Assembly: GCF_963676685.1 (NCBI RefSeq)
Contig: NC_092350.1
Span: 6,696,001 to 6,760,000, forward strand
Origin: Mytilus edulis
Lineage: Eukaryota
DNA: 64,000 bases
Reading direction: 5' to 3'
Below the pieces are notes generated by a model that ran no database searches, was not told the origin of the DNA, and was given only the letters and a program-made list of their open reading frames with translations. Positions 62,926 through 64,000 of this stretch are shown here, piece after piece (positions within the stretch are counted from its first letter, which is position 1; every line of letters starts with the position of its first letter). Both the position numbers and the translations under genes were made by a program.

Positions 62926-64000
62926 CTGTAAAAATAAGACACCTTACTCATGATATGTGCTTTAACAAAGTTATTATATCATTGAAAAACTATCTTCCAC
63001 CTTTCAAAAATATATCAAAAAATGGGAACCATTTTTAACAGGTAATTTAACGATACCGGAAAGATAACTCATATTCAATTGAAAAATAAATGTGTAACAC
63101 AACTGGATGCATCCTATAGATATCATATATCTGTATGTAAGAATTAAATATGTGCTACTAAGTGATGATAACAGGAGTTAAAATACATGTATTGTTTTAT
63201 ATGTTTTCAAGTCTTTGATAGAAATACGTATGTAAAAAACAATGTATTATTCTTATACATTAGTAGAGAAAATAATAACAAAATATGTCACTATATTTCT
63301 TTTGTATCAGTACATGTATAAATATAATAACTATGTTGCACCAATAATGAAAATAATCTATTAATACCAATATAATGTTAAATGAAATAATCTAATGATT
63401 TTTTCTTTGTTTTTATTTGCTTCTTTGGTTGTTTTTTTTTTGGGGGGGAGGGTAAAAAAAAGTTATGATTTTTAATTTTAGTTTCTTGTGTATAATTCGG
63501 AGTTTAGTATGACGTCCATTATTATTGCACTAGTATACAATTTCAAGGAGCCAGCTGAAGGGCGCCTCCGGGTGCGGGAGTTTCTCGTTACATTGAAGAC
63601 CTATTGGTGGCCCTCGGCTGTTGTCTGCTCTATAATCGGGTTGTTGTCGCTTTGACACATTCCCCATTTCCTTTCTCAATTTTATTTTAACATTAATGTC
63701 ATTCTTCTTTGATTAAAAAAAATGCATATAAGCATTGAATGAGATGGAGGAATTCAAAACAAAAGACTTATTTACAAAAACATATGTGAACCAATGCAAT
63801 TAAAATGTTTTAACACATGTTTGTTTTCCAAAATGACAATTTATCTTTACAATATCAATGAAAGAAAAATGAGAGCAGTTGATTTTCACATGGGTGTTTA
63901 TAAAAATAAGAGCATTTGGTATGCGTCGGATTTATGGAACAACACATTATATCGGATGAAGTGTGATTAAACAGTTTGATCCTCATTCTCAAGGAATTCG

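Overview
AT-rich, repeat-dense animal genomic DNA, most likely a bivalve mollusc (Mytilus-like repeat families and a mollusc-type Mab-21 gene; this is inference). There is no intact host gene. The main signal is a Penelope-like retroelement of the permuted Naiad type (N-terminal GIY-YIG endonuclease, then RT; 1766-4605). Its frame has four in-frame TGA codons, each at a position where the family has a conserved Cys. A well-formed eukaryotic type-II SECIS hairpin (8313-8397) lies in a nearby Penelope-type 3' fragment. Together these point to a selenoprotein-encoding retrotransposon family. Other mobile elements: a Gag-protease-only BEL/Pao LTR element with LTRs, PBS and TSD; a decayed LINE with an internal tandem duplication; an intact minimal hammerhead ribozyme with degenerate copies; and non-autonomous DNA transposons (Transib-like, CACTA, hAT, Tc1, Kolobok-like). 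Host-derived sequence: a disrupted cGAS-like (Mab-21) gene and a disrupted small secreted chitin-binding (ChtBD2/CBM14-like) gene. Two families of old tandem segmental duplications carry candidate short minus-strand exons. Most short ORFs in the supplied track are spurious.
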